64,000 nt of DNA, from NCBI GenBank assembly GCA_013239625.1, contig MU053881.1, forward strand, positions 4,485,957-4,549,956. Reading direction: 5' to 3'. Origin of the DNA: Lama guanicoe (lineage: Eukaryota). Below the pieces are notes generated by a model. That model did no database searches and was not told where the DNA came from. It saw only the letters and a program-made list of their open reading frames with translations. Positions 1-13,707 of this stretch are shown piece by piece. The position numbers and the translations under genes are program-made. Positions within the stretch are counted from its first letter, which is position 1, and every line of letters starts with the position of its first letter.

Positions 1-2181
1 AGTGGTTCCCAAGCCTGGGGGCTCGTCAGATTCACCTGGGAGCTTCTCTGTTGCTAGCGTGAGCCTGGTTCCCTTCTGCATGCACACTGTGGAGCTCTCC
101 AGCCGTACAAAAGGGTATTCAGTAAAGAGTCCCCACAGGAAGCAACCACTCTTTCTTATGTACTTTCCAGAAGGCAATCCATATACATGCAAGCAGAAGT
201 ATTCTCTGCAGACCTGGACGCCCAGCCCACACACTGCTCTGCTCCCTACTCTTCTCATTATCAGCGGATTTTGAATGCAGGTATCAATATACCAGGTCGT
301 GAAGATGTAACTCGTTTTTTAACGACTGCATAGTATTCTGTCGTAGGGAACTGGCCCCTTACTGACGGACGTCTGCGGACATTCTAATGCTGCGCTCAGG
401 CAAACAGGGCAGCAGCAAGCGTCCCAGCACTTAAATTTCTTTACGCACAAATCTTTGTGTGCTTTCGTGAGTTCACTAAAGGATGTTAGGCAGCTTTAAA
501 ATGACAGACGCCTGGGCCTTCTCAAAGATATTTGGATTCCATTGGCCTCAGGCGACAGCTGGGAATCTGCATTTTGAAAAGCACCCCCATAATTCGGAAG
601 GACACTCCCATTGGGAGTTTCCCGGCTCATCCTGTAAAAGAGGAGTGTGCTGCCCTGTGAAACTCAGTGGCCTGTGTCAGGCCCCTGATGCCCAGGTCGG
701 GGGCTGGGGTCACACCCAGAGAAAGGCCTTGCCTCGTCACCACTCCCAGTGACTGAGCAGGGGGCGTCCCTGAGCGCACGCCACACTCTCCCCAAGAAGC
801 AGCGATCATTAGTCAAGTGGCCCTGGAGCCTGGCTGATCCCAACCAGTCCCAACTTCATGTAACTTTGTTACATGTGATGTCTGGAAGCACACACAAGAA
901 GCCGGAAACAGTGGCTGCCTCGGGGGGGAAGACTGGGCATGCGGGGATCAGGGTAAGGAAGGGGACCTTTCAGTGATGAACACAGGAATTATTATTAGCA
1001 GTACAATTTACAAATCTGCTGAGTGAGAACAGAGGTAGCCACAGAGCATCTGGGGCTGCTACTTTTACTAACTGGACGATCTTGCACAAGTTGCCTACGT
1101 TCTCTGAGCCCCAGGCAGGCAGCGCTCCAACACTGCTGGGCGCAGTCAATGCTACATCAGTCCGTGGACGTGAAACACCGGCAGTAGCTGCAAACTGCGA
1201 CCCCAGCAGCAGCGTAAGGCATCATAAGACAGGGAGAAGCAGGGGAGGTTTTTACCATTCTGTAAAAGGGCAGAAGAACACCGAGAAACAAAGGCCGTGA
1301 GCTTGAGGCTGGCCATGGGGCAAGGTCAAGGATGAGGGTGGCATGGCTGCCCAGCCTCTCTGAGGGCCTCTGCGGCCACCGTAGGCCTGGCTCAGGCTCC
1401 CTGCGGAAGTCTCCACCTTCAGGTCCTGGACCCAGTGAACAAGGACATTCAGGGGGATGTTTCCTGCCCAGGATGGCTCCACAGGGCCACATGTGTGCAC
1501 GGAGAGAGACATCCCTCCAGGGGCCCTGGGCCGGGCCTCGGAAAACAGGAGCTGCCTGCCTCTCAGCAGGGAGTTGCCCTGGCTGGCCTCCCCTGGGAAC
1601 CAGCAGCGTTTCACAGGATGACAAGAGCTCAGAGAAGCAAAAGCCAGCGGAGACGTGGAAGATGGGCCTGGAGTCCCTGGTGAATTATCTTAACTCTGGG
1701 GGGAAATATCAGAATGTTTTGGAACCCTTTCTGGAGCTTGTGAAAACAAAATTGCTTTTTTCCTGTTGGAACAAAGGCAGCGGGTATGTTTCCCTCTCGA
1801 GGACCTAAACTGGGATGATGCTTTTGAGAGAAAGTCCGAAGCTGGGCTTCTGGGGGCCAGATCTGGTGTGTGAATGTCTTCTCCAACCCCCTTCCTCCTG
1901 ACTCAGACAAGATGGAGGAATTTGAATACTTAGAGCTTTTGAAGCATTGGAGGATCTAACGATCTTGGGCCAACCCACACACCTAGCAGCAACAGGCATG
2001 GCCTTCGTGGTGGCTGTCTCTTAGCTGAGGCACGCCCTCCCCTGTCTGCCACGTCCCCACCATCCCGTCATACCACAGCAGCCAGCATCTCTCACACTAG
2101 GCTACTGTTCTAGCGCCGACCATCTGTCCTACCAGGCTAAATCTAGCTACCAGCCTAAAGCCCCCAAGAAGAGTCAAACCA

Positions 2182-2705
2182 CCATCAACAGATGACTGGA
2201 TACAGAAGCTGTGGTATATACTCACAGTGGAACACTCCTCAGCCATGTCAAAAGAATGAAATAATGCCATTTGCAGCAACATGGATGGACCTGGAGATGG
2301 TCATATTAAGCGAAGTAAGCCAGAAAGAGAAAGAAAAATACCGTATGATATTACTTATATCCCGATCTTTAAAAAAAAAAAAAGGACACAAATGAACTTA
2401 TTTACAAAATAGAGACAGACTCACAGACATAGAAGACAAACTTATGGTTACCAGTGGGAAAGAGGGTAAAGAGGGATAAATTGGGAGTTTGGGATTTGCA
2501 GATTACTGATGACCATATATAAAATAGATAAACAGCAAGGTCCTACTTACACAGGGAACTATATTCAGGACCTTGTAATGATCTATAATGAGAAAGAATA
2601 TGAAAAGGAATATATAGATATATATGTATAAATGGATCACTATACTGTACACCAGACATTAACACGATATTGTAAATCGACTATACTTCAATTTAAAAAA
2701 AAAAA
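2182..2705 (+). mobile_element. 5'-truncated L1 (ORF2 C-terminal remnant + 3' UTR + poly(A)) with 13-bp TSD
   Basis: ORF 2192-2395 contains the L1 ORF2 tail (KNEIMPFAATWMDLEMVILSEVSQKEKEKY). The element ends TATACTTCAATTT-A(n). Perfect TSD AAGAGTCAAACCA at 2169-2181 and 2706-2718. Confidence 0.93.
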
Positions 2706-2954
2706 AAGAGTCAAACCAAATCCAGTGCTTGGCTCTGAAACACATTTCTGAGATTTTACCAAACGGTTTGCTTTCCAATTACTGATTTCCATTATTAACA
2801 GCTGGCAAAATTAGTTTCCACGAGAACACTCTGGCTCTAACTCTGATGCTATTCTGTTTAAGGCCTGTGTGATTTAAGGAAAGCTACTTAATGTCTCTGA
2901 GCCTGTTTCCATAGGACTGATGTGAGGACAAAATTGTATTATAATTATTAATTA

Positions 2955-3380
2955 TTATGTCTCACAATTTTGTAGGTTGATTGGGTGGTTCTTTTGCTCC
3001 ACGTGTGCCAGCTGAGGCCCAGGGATGGCTGGACAGTCCAAAATGGCCTCGCCCGAATGACTGACAGCTCTGACCACCAGCTGGGAACCCAGCCGGAGCT
3101 GTTGGCCAGGAAGCTCGGTTCTCCTCCACGCACCTCTCCACAGCATGGCTGTGAGGGGTATTCCAAGAAGCGAAGACAGAAGCTACAGCTCTCTTAAGGC
3201 CCAGAAGTTACCCAGTGTCACCTCCATCACATCCGATTGATCATTACGAGTGTGAGGACCAGCCCCAAGGATTCAAGGCAAACGGACTCTGCCATTGGTG
3301 TGGACCTAGCAAGTTCCCCTCACAAAAAGACATAGAAGGTAGGGGATAGCTTTGCAGCTACTTTGAAAAGACAATTTCCT
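2955..3380 (-). mobile_element. Degraded MLT1-type (ERVL-MaLR) LTR
   Basis: Motifs TCTCACAATTTTGTAGGTTG, GTCCAAAATGGCCTC, CAGCATGGCTG and GATTCAAGG are typical of old MLT1 LTRs. Boundaries approximate. Confidence 0.55.
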
Positions 3381-5251
3381 ACAGATGGACTTCCACGGTG
3401 CCTGACACACAGAAACCCATCGACAATGTTAATTTCATTCATTCAGTCAGTCCTTCATTCCACACGCATTCAGTAAGGTCTCGCTGTGTGCCAGCCTTTA
3501 CATCAGGCTCTGGAAAGATGGCATTGGTTCCAACCATCAGGGAACTCACAGTTCCAGGTAGGAAACAGACCAGAAGCATAATGACAGCACAACATGCCAG
3601 AGGAATACATGGGGATCGGCAAGTGAACTCAGGCTGGGCCAGCGGGCATCAGCCTGGGAGGCTGGCTGGCTCTGCTGGGAAAGAGAAGTTCTTTTCACAG
3701 GAATGTGAGGCTGGCAGCAGGGCGCCTGGAGCTGCTGGAGGCAGCCCTGCCATCACATGGCATGTGCCGGTGCCCATCTTGCCCTGTGCGGGGAGGGCGT
3801 GTGACAGACGTGCCAACCAAATTTCCTATCTTGCTACAGTAATTTGGCTTCAGGTTTCCCTCACTCCTTATCAAAGAGATTCCTACAAACTCCCCATTCT
3901 GCAACACTCAGAGCCTAACGGAAGGGACCCACATCCAGCAGATAACTATGCTTCAGCATTGGAAGGGAGAAAACAGAGACGTGCGTGGGGTATTTGGAAG
4001 AAAGGAATCAGGTCCATTTTCTTGGAGGTAGGTAAAGAAGTTCTGGAACATTTCCTGGAGGAGGCCCCCTACCCACACACCTACCACAGGGCTGGTCACA
4101 TTGACAGATGCTCTGTATGTACCAGCGCAAGAAATGGCAGAGTCTTAAGACAAAACTGGTAGACACCAGGTAATCCCGTTTTAAATCTGCCCCCTTCCTA
4201 ACTTCCTACATTCAGAGGTTTTAAGAATTGGCCACCCTGGTATCTGTGTGACAGAAACAGAATCTCCTTAGCAAAAGCAGAGTCTTTTAATAGACCTCCA
4301 GAGGTTAATGGGCCTGACAGATCTTTGACATTTATTGGATTTTACGAGCTACCGGATCCGACTCAGAAAGCTGATCAGATGTTTCAAATCGATGGCCCCT
4401 TTGGGGTACTGTCTTCTTCACACAGAACCATAATGAGGTGACCTTGGATGCCTGAGTCCCGAAAGAACAGAGAGAGGATGTCAGAATCCTAGGAACTGCT
4501 TAACTGATCAAGGCCTACACAGTGCCCCCGGGGTCCCTCCGGACCCAAGATGCTATGCGTATAGATTCTGTGATCACACATCCCTTCCATCTCACCCTGC
4601 CTGAAGAGCTACAAACCCTAGTCTCCTTTTTAAAAACCCCTTCCCTCATTCCACAAACATCTGCGGACAAGCTTCATTGTGATGTCACTTAATAAACGAA
4701 CACTTCCTGGACTGCTGCCCTGCCCCAGGCACGGTTCAAGCAGAGGGGACCCAGAGAAGACTGTGACATGTGCCCCGCTCTCCAGCAGCTTAGAGTCCTG
4801 TGGGGGAGTGTTACAGAGACCCAGAGACCCAAATCCTGCTTGTGCCCTGCGATGGGTCTGGCGGAGGGGACCACAGAGTCTGCTCTAACACGTTGTTTCC
4901 TAATTGGTTGGCCACAGGACTCCCGAGCTGTGGTGAACACGTGTCATTCTTCCTGCCCAGATTCCCCTCCTCTGGAAACGGTACCCTGATTTCTTTCGGG
5001 GAACATCTCCTCCCACTTGGGTCCTTGTGGCTTTACATCGTCTCAGAGCAGGCTTCTCTCTCTATTCTGTGTAGTCACGTGTGGCTCATCTCAGTTACAG
5101 AAATGCCTGGCAGACACCCACGGTCCCGGGGGATGGGGGAAGGAACACTTATTCAGGGGCCAATGGCTGTCCCTCTTCAAATCCTATGGGACGAAGGGAC
5201 AGGAGGGAGATGGGCAAATGTGCATAGAAGCCATTGGTAACTGATTATTCG

Positions 5252-5715
5252 TGTGGGCAACTCATTTGGGGGAGAATTTGCCATTTCATGAGTCTGCCTG
5301 GTGGGCAGAGACCACTGCTCACTACAAAAGCTGAAATTCACTTCCCAGCCTGCCTTGTAGCTAGGGAGATGGCACGCGAGCTAGGCTTCTCCTATCAGAC
5401 GTGCCCCCTCGGGACATAGTGTGGGCACTAGCGACACAGAGAAACAGGGACTGTGTGATAAAGACGGTGGCCAGGAGCTGAAACCATTTTCAACACCAGC
5501 CCCCGCATGCAGGGTCCAGCCCTGCCAGCGTTGGTGGTGCTGGCAGCAGTGTCTGAGCCCAGCAGAGGAACAGCTGTGTAGTCTGGAAGCTGGTCCTAGC
5601 TGAGTGAACTCCAAGCCTGGATCTCTGGCCCTCCAAAAAGACTCTGGAAGTTAGCCAACAAGCAACCTTTAAGAGATAGTTTTCTGCTTCAGCTGGCCAG
5701 GTTTGGTTCCTGGCT
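5252..5715 (+). mobile_element. LTR33-like (ERVL) solo LTR
   Basis: TTCCCAGCCTGCCTTGTAGCTAGGG...CCTATCAGACG and the 3' TTTTCTGCTTCAGCTGGCCAGG match the recalled LTR33/LTR16 consensus. Boundaries approximate. Confidence 0.55.
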
Positions 5716-6681
5716 CTGAGCAGGGGCAGAGAATACAGAGCTGGCCCTGAGCAAAAGGATGCAAGATCTGGTGAGGTTCTCCGGAGCTCGCCTCACCTGT
5801 CTTTGACAGCAGCCTGACCGCTGGACACCAAAGAAGAACTTGAATTTCTCGCACGATTCCCAGGGAGGGAGAGTTGGAGCCAGGAGAGAGATTCTGAACC
5901 TTCTGCCAAATTGGGCAATGGTGGGGGCCCTGGTATCCATGGTAAAAAGACAAGTGACCTCTTTTGTGCACCAGGATAAGGGAAAATTTAAACTCTTCCC
6001 TTTCAATACTTTAATAAACGTGTCTTCAGAGGTGAATTTCAAGCACCTGTGGTTAGTTGGAGGCGGGTGGGAAGAAGGATGTGAAAATGTGGGACAATGG
6101 AGTCTCTGGGCACCAAGTAAAGGATAAATCGATTGCCTATTCCATTCACTGGCCCTAGGGCTAAGGGAACTGGACACATGGGTTAAACGGGTCACCACGG
6201 GCCCTTCATGAAGAGGAGGGCAGAGGAGCCCTGGGGTTCAAAGAGTCCCTGGTTTCCCCTGGCTGCAGCCCCTTCTCTGCCAGCACATGCCACAAAGTCA
6301 GGCTTCCAGAAAGCCTCGGGCTTTAAAAATGCAGAGTCTGGTGAATTCCAGGCATTCTGAGCCACTGTGCAGACAGCACCCTCCGTGTTCCAGCTAGGAA
6401 AGCCCTCTGAAGGCTCTCCTGGAATTCAACTTATTTGTCCGTAGGTTGTTCTGAGATTTTCAGTGGAGAATCAGAGTCTTAATTCAGAGAAGCCAAGCGT
6501 ATACATTGAAAATGTCAATAAGCCAAAGCTCGTGATTGCTACGCCAAGAGAAGGCAGCCACCCCACACACAACTCAGCTCTAAATTTACAACTGCAGCCA
6601 ACTTCTGAAGTTCAAGTCCTCCTACGAGGCCAAGGTTGGGGGCCCTGGCTAAAGGGATTAGTTATTTTTTGGGCTGTGATT

Positions 6682-6806
6682 AAAAGGTTCTAAAATTGCT
6701 TGTTCTATGTTTGTGCAATTCTGTGAATCAACTAAAAATCATTAACTCGTCCACTTCAAAAGGGTGAATTGTACGGTATGCGAACTATATCTCAATAAGG
6801 CTGTTA
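6682..6806 (+). mobile_element. Old L1M (L1MB/ME-like) extreme 3' end
   Basis: GTGAATTGTACGGTATGCGAACTATATCTCAATAAGGCTGTT is a typical L1M terminal motif. Confidence 0.65.
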
Positions 6807-8469
6807 CCACATTACATAAAAGGAACACAGAGAGGACGGACTGGGTTGAAAGCTCAGCCCTACCACGCGCCAGCTGTGGGATGCGAAGCTGCCTTCCTAA
6901 CTTGGCTGAGCTTGGTTCCTCAATCTCTAAAGGGATACGAAATGATCAGATTATACTTACGCCGGGGACTCAATATGAAGGGGACCTGAGCAACCATCTG
7001 TGACATGGCCTGACCCATGGGTCACACTCAGGGAATGTGTGTCTTATCAAGTCCCTGTTACCTACCAGGCATTGGGGACATAGAGACGAATGAGACTTCT
7101 CTCCTGCCTTCAAAGAGGAAGCAGGTTAGGGTGGGAGACAGGCAGTGACATTACAGTGTTACAGGTGCTGTGATTCAGAGACCGGACTATGCAGGTGAGA
7201 CGGGCCGGAGGGCGCAGGGGGGAGAGATGTCACTCCTCAGACACACCTTCCCTGACCCCTGATCCCACCCCCTCAGCACCGTCTGTCTCATCACCCTCCG
7301 CGCCCTCTCCGTGGCGCTGCCAAGTGTATTCTTGCGCTTTAACCCGGTTGCTTCCCTCTTGCCTGTGTCTCTCCACCCAAACTGGAGACTGCATGGCTCC
7401 AAGGGGACGGGAGGGGAGGGCAAGTGGCAGGAGACGAAGATGGACACACAGGTGGGGCAGCCCCAAGACAAGACCTGGCTCTCAGTCTGGAAGGGGGACC
7501 CTGACCACTGCCGCGTCCCCCACCCTGTTGGCTCCAGTCTGTGAAAAACGCCCCACAGATCCCGGTGGGCGTGCTGAGTGCAGCCTGTGTGTTTCTATAG
7601 TAACCGTCACCATGGCACCAGAGGCCTGGATCCAACTTCCGGCATTGCTGAGGCCCTGAGCTCCTGCCCCCTCCCCCCAGCATCCTCCATCCCACAACAC
7701 AGAAAGGAGACACGGCTGGGCATTCACACTGGGGGTGTGCAAGGAGGGCTGGGCCCAGGTGCAGGACACGGGATGTCAGGTTTAAACATCAGATACATCG
7801 CAACGGATGCACCTGCCAAGGGCGGATGCAGCCTGAGCATTTACCAGCAATTTCAATTTGCATGGCTTTGTCCAGGCAGGGGGTGGGGAGTTGGGTTTGA
7901 ACATGCAGCAAGCGGTGGAGCAGGCCAGCCTCCGTGTGGGCCGGCAGGGTGGGGCACGGTGTTCAGGGCCGGGGGCCTGGAGAAATCTCATCTTCATCAA
8001 CTCCCAGACCCATAGCCTCACTCTGTAAAATGGGGAAGATAAACAGTGACAGTATCAGCCCATTCCAGATACCAAAGAAACGAGAACAGTGCCTTGTCCT
8101 GATCGGTGCCTGATAAATATTTAGTGAGTGAATTAAATAAGAATAATTACTATCATTTCTCCGTCAACAAAGCTCCAAGCCCTGGTCCTTCTCTCTTCAC
8201 TCTCCTCCCAGCTCCACGTTCTGTTCAAACCCAGTTCTGTCACATGAGCTTCAGATCATGTTCTCTGCTAAGCCCCAGCCTCTCAAAAGAGGCCTCACAG
8301 GTTCCTGAGTCACAGACATGAGTTCTAATCCAGCCACTGTGTCCTGCTGGCCTTGTGACCCCAGGCACGTTGAGTCATTTCTCAACAGCCTGCTTCCACT
8401 GAGATCCCTTAAGCTGTGAGACTCAGAAACCCAACCAGACTGGTTTCAACCCCCAAAAGAGGGTGAGGT

Positions 8470-8664
8470 TAGGGTTCCAGGCTTAGCAAATCAAGAAACA
8501 GGATGCCCAGTTAAATGTGAATTTCAGATAAATAAAACAAGCAATTTTTTAGTATAGGTATGTCTCAAAGATTGCACAGGACATACTTAACAGAAGAAAA
8601 AGAATCATTGTTTGTCAGAAAGTCAGATTTAACCGGCCAACCTGTGTTTTATCTGGCTACCCTG
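8470..8664. mobile_element. MER53 palindromic hAT MITE
   Basis: TAGGGTTCCAGGCTTAGCAAAT...CAGTTAAATGTGAATTTCAGATAAA...GATTTAACCGG...TTTTATCTGGCTACCCTG forms an imperfect palindrome of about 195 bp matching the recalled MER53 consensus. Confidence 0.8.
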
Positions 8665-9499
8665 GATGGGGTGGGTACTTAGAACTCATGAAACAAACCG
8701 AATCGGGAAGTCCAAGTAGCGTCATAAGGACTGCCTCTCTCTCCTCCTCTTCCCATCTCTGGCTTTGCTTTCTGCAGCCTTGGTCAGGCTCACTCCTTGT
8801 GGCGGCAAAAACAACCACCAGCCATGCCCTCTCCTTCAGACTGGTTATGCAGGACAGCCTGGCTGCCTCCCATCCTGGGCCCCTGCCGAGCCCCGGCCCT
8901 GCTCAGTGACCTCCCGTCCGCCACACTGCAGTCAGCACTTGCTCCCTGAGACGGCTGTCCAGCGGGGGCCAGCACCTCCCTGTCTCGGTGTGGCCTAGCC
9001 CTGCCCACTCCGGGTCCCACTTCTCACTGCTGCCCGCACCTCCCACCCCGCTCAGGCCTCTCCCTGCCCCACCAACGGGCCCGGCCTCCTGCCCTCTGGC
9101 CTTCACACACACGCTATTCCCCTCCCAGGAGTGACCTTTACTCTCCCCTTCACCCGCTGGTTCCTCCTCCCTGCTCAGACCTCGGTGGACATGGCAGCTC
9201 TTTGGAGACAGCCCCCAACCTGGGCATCCAAAGCCGGCTCTCCACACCAGAGCTGTGTTCACCAGAGCCGCCAAGGCCCACAGCACCCGGGTTTGGGCCA
9301 GGACTTTAAATAACAACAGAAGCCCCATCTGAAGGAAGCAGATGCAAGTCGGCTCCGGCCCCCCGTCAGGCTCAGGACTGTCAATGCTTTGGACTTTCCC
9401 AGAGAACAGGAAACCTGAATAGGAATGGAACTCCCTCAGTTTTGAGTGCTGGTCCTGTTTGTGACCTCTGGACTAGATGGCCCAGCCCTGTGATCTAGG

Positions 9500-9662
9500 G
9501 CAGGGCTCTCAGAGGTATTCCTGGCACCCCCACCCTCCTGGGGGCACTATTTAAATTGCATTCTCTGGCCCCCTCAGACTCTCGGGAGCCAGCACCCAGG
9601 AATCTGCATTTCGGCAAGCACCCTCAGATCGTGCTTACGCTCACTCAAATTTGAGAACTACA
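9500..9662. mobile_element. MER5-type hAT-Charlie MITE
   Basis: CCCAGGAATCTGCATTT...AAGCACCCTCAGAT...AAATTTGAGAACTAC terminal motifs. Confidence 0.6.
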
Positions 9663-11559
9663 AATTCTGGATTTTCCATGTTAAATGGGGTCCTGCCCCT
9701 CATTTGCGGCCATTACAGTCGGGGCAGAGGAACCTCCCCTTTGGCGTTTTCTGCCCTGGCCATGCCACCCCCTACCCCCACTGCAGCCTCAGAGCACAGC
9801 AGGTGACGGGACCAGAGCTTCATGGGGCAGGAGCTCCTGCCAAATGCCCATCCCTGTGCCGATTTTGTTAGCACAACCTGGAGGGCAGGGATCGCAATGG
9901 GAAACTGGAGGCTCCAGGAGGGAGGTCACTTGACCAAGGTCACAAAGCCATCGATGGAGGATCTAAGGTTCAAATCCCAGTCTGCACAGCTTCAGGGCGC
10001 CCTGGGGAGTTCCCCATCAGGCCAAACTGTCTCTCCCCAAATGGAAACGGGGGAAGGTAATCACGATGTTAAGAGAAGAAAGTTCCTCTTTCTTCCTGAT
10101 GAGCAGCTCCCACCACCAGGGCAGAGCGCTGGTCACCTGTGCTGGGAGGGGAAGGAGGTGGCAGTGTCCTGAGGAGGGAGGAGGAGGGTAAGTGGCTTTG
10201 ATAAGAGCAGACAGCTCCTGGGGACAGGACAAGAGCTGCCACAGACATCAGCTCTGATGGACTCCCACCTCCCTAGTCACTCGCGGCACCTCACAGAGAC
10301 AGGGATGGTGGCTGCCCGCCTCTGTCCTTCACCACTCAGCCCTCACGTGCACTTCCCATCGAGTTTAGCTTCGGCCAAGTATGGTCACTGCAAAGTCTTA
10401 AGCCACAGAAGCCCCACGCAACCAGTAGCTGGGGGTCCCACAGCGCTTTGCCTGGGTTTCCATCCCCAGCTCTGCTGACCTGGCACAGTGCACGTGCTCA
10501 TCCTCTGGCCATAAGGTGGAGACTCACAGTGAGCACGTACTGAGCACCTGCTGTATGCTCTGTGCTGCACTAGGCACAAATGACTGGAATCGTGGATGCA
10601 CTGCTTTAACAGAACCAAAAAGCCTCATTGTCCCCAAAGTGCTCTGGGGATAGAAGCAGGAGACAGCTCACTTTACCTGGGGAGGAATCTGGGGAAATTT
10701 TGTGAAGGAAGGGGCCCTAGAGCAAGGATGGGAAAGGTGGGTTGGATCCGAGTACACAGAGATGAGAGGGCAAGGGCATTCTCTGAGGCACAAACTGTGT
10801 GCAAAGGGAAGGAGGCAGGTCCCAGCCCAGCCAGTTCTGCCTCCTCGCATTTCCTGTCTGCTCCCTTAAACCTGGTGCTTCTCAAACGGAAGTTATGCGT
10901 GGAAACCCCTCACATTTGGCTACACCCGTGTGGAACCTGTGCTCTTGTATAGCTCACATTTTTCCTTAAGTCGACTCGCCAATTTCTATTTTGTAAAATT
11001 TATGTTAAGAAGAATCTTTCTCTCACAATAGCAACTGGAAAAGAGGCTTCAGTTGCTATAGATAGACGGTCCCCATAAAAATAAGAATGTTGAAAGCAAG
11101 ATAATGCTGCCGAAACCCAGCCAGTGTCTGCAGCTCCAGGAGATGCAGAGTCTGCAGCCTGCTCTCTCGTCACCATTAAAAAGAGAGACTAGCCAGTGTC
11201 AGAGAGGCGTTAGGGACACCCCAGCACCCGCCTGAGACCGTCCTGACATGAGGGTTGAGAGAGGCTGGAAACAAGGGATTCCCTCCAGCGCTCTGTGTGC
11301 GTCCCCCACTAAAGAACCCCAAGATACTACTGGCGTCCCCCACACTTCGAGAAACTCTGTCCCAGCCAAAACCTGCACCAAACCCCAACCGTGTGCCTCC
11401 ACCATTTCCTGCAGATGTCAGCCTGTGACTCGCTGGAGACCCTGAACTCCAGGGCTGTACCCGGGACCTGCCGTGGTGTGTGAGCACTTGGCATCATGGC
11501 AAAACCCACACGCCTGGCAACAGCACCACCACAGCTAACATTTACATTCCTCTTACCGC

Positions 11560-11730
11560 ACACCAGACCCTACTCTAAGCATTTACACATATTGTTACTC
11601 TGTCCTCACAAAACCATCAATGACACGATGCCGTTACAATTCCCATTTTACGGATGAGAAATCTGAAGCACAGGAAGGTTAAATACCTGCCCGAGAGCAA
11701 TTCCATCCTTTGCAGAAATTGGATTCCCAC
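11560..11730 (-). mobile_element. MIR SINE remnant
   Basis: MIR core-like CCCATTTTACGGATGAGAAATCTGAAGCACAGGAAGGTTAAATACCTGCCC. Confidence 0.7.
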
Positions 11731-13344
11731 ACACAATCTCACTTCTTTATTCATTCTTTCATCCAGCCATTCAACAAATATGCATTGCATATCTTCTACT
11801 TTTTCTTTGAAGCAATACTTATTTTGTTTTTCAAATGAAATGCTGCTTCCAGCTCCCCACATGCTTTGACTCGCATCCCTCAGTTCCCTGTGTCCTCAAA
11901 CGGCCTCCAGTTGCTCCGGGCTGTGCCTGATGCAGCGCCCAGGGGGCCCAGGGGGGCTCAGGCACTGGCTCGTCTGGCTTCCAGGGGTGTTGTATGCTGA
12001 TGGCCCTCCCTGAGCCCTTCGGGGATCCCACCAGACTGAAGAGAACCGGCAACCAGGAACTGACCGTTGTGGGGGAACAGAACGGAAGCCCCTGGATTCA
12101 ACTCAGGTCAATTCCGGGGGTCGCCCCAGCTCCCCGGGGGACGGGCTGAGGCCTCTGCTGCATCCCAGGCCAGCTTCTGCTCGCTCCACTCCCCTGGCTC
12201 CCCCCCAGGTGTGGTTCTTGTCCCTCCAAACACCATCTGTCTCAGAGTCTGTGGCCTGAGAAAGTCCACCTAAGATGCTGGACAGAAGCACTCGCCCCAC
12301 CCAGTGCTGCAACCGGACTGTCTCCTCGACGGTCCCTCCCTAGTCAGACCCAAGCAAAGGGAGCCTGGGTGCGCTGCAGCCCAGGGTCACCTCAACCTCC
12401 ACAAGCCCTGAAAGCTTCAGAGGTGGTTGGGTTTCTTTATTTATATGTTGCAGCACATTAGCTAATTAGCTTTGTTTCCAGGCTCCATTAATGTTTTCTC
12501 AAGTGTATCATGGCCTTGACTCGAATGACAGGCAGCCGCCCAGGCCGCCGGGGAAGATGCTGTCTTTCAGGCCCACGGGGATCAGCCCACAAAAGGAGAG
12601 ACGAAGGAGGGGGGAGATTGGATTGCGGGGTGTCGGGGAAGGGCCACAGCTCCCCACCTCCTCCTGCCTTTGAGCAGGGAGAGTGGAATCAACATCCCCT
12701 GTCCTGCTGAAGGCAGCACTCCTGCGCCAGGCAGAGGAAGGCTCTCTCGGGGAGTGGCCCACCTTTGCTCTTCGTAAGTGGCCTGTCTTTAAAAACAGCC
12801 TACATCTGCCTCAGGCCTGACCCCTACCATTTCTTACATTTGATTGCAAATGCCTGTCTCAGCAACTCTGCAGCCTTCCCAGTCTGCCCTAAACCCAGCG
12901 ACCCTGGCAGAAAACAAATGGAATTAGAACCTGTCGTCCGCAGGGATGATTTGGGACGTGGATGTGAGGACTCAGGGATAATCCTACTTAGCGTAAACCA
13001 GGCAGCAGAACTTGGTTTGAGGGAGCTCCCAGGTCACTTCTAGGCTTAGAGTCACAGGAGAGAGGACCAGGCAGTCCAGACACTGTCCTTCAAAGCACAG
13101 AAAAACAGAGCGACACAGGGACAGGGCATCACCCCCAAGAGCCTGGACTCCACGCCTAGTTCATGAGTACCTACTATGTGCCAGGCCATGAGCTAGCGGC
13201 TCTCAAAATCTTTGGTCTTTACACACTTAAAAATGATTGAAGACCACAAAAAAAGCACTTTTGCTTATATTTATCATATAAGAAACTAAAATTGAAGAAT
13301 TACACAAATATTCATTCATTCATTTCTTTAAAAATAACAGTAAC

Positions 13345-13536
13345 ATGGTTACCAATGGGGAAAGGACGGAGATAAATTAGGAGTATATATAAGGTTAACA
13401 GATAAAACCACTATACATAAAATAGATAAGCAACAGGGAACTATATTCAGTATCTTGTGATAGCTTATAATGGAAAATAATCTGAAATATATATATATAT
13501 ATAACTGAATCACTTTACTGTACCCCTGAAAAAAAA
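13345..13536 (+). mobile_element. L1 3' UTR fragment inserted in Charlie1
   Basis: ATGGTTACC...ACAGGGAACTATATTCAGTATCTTG...ACTGAATCACTTTACTGTACCCCTG-A(n), the same type as the L1 at 2182. Confidence 0.8.
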
Positions 13537-13707
13537 CTGATTAAAACACAACAAACCATGACATAGTTACATGTAACATACTTTATGAAAATAAACCATT
13601 TTATAGAATGAAGATATTTCCTGAGAAGAATGTCATTGTTTTATATATCCGTAAATCTCTTTAATGTCCAGCTTAATCAAAGACAGCTGGATTCTCAGAT
13701 CTACTTC

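Noticed and set aside
3398..4162. 254-aa ORF, the longest in the window
   Set aside because: Non-ATG start, overlaps an L2-like remnant, no recognisable motif; consistent with a chance ORF.
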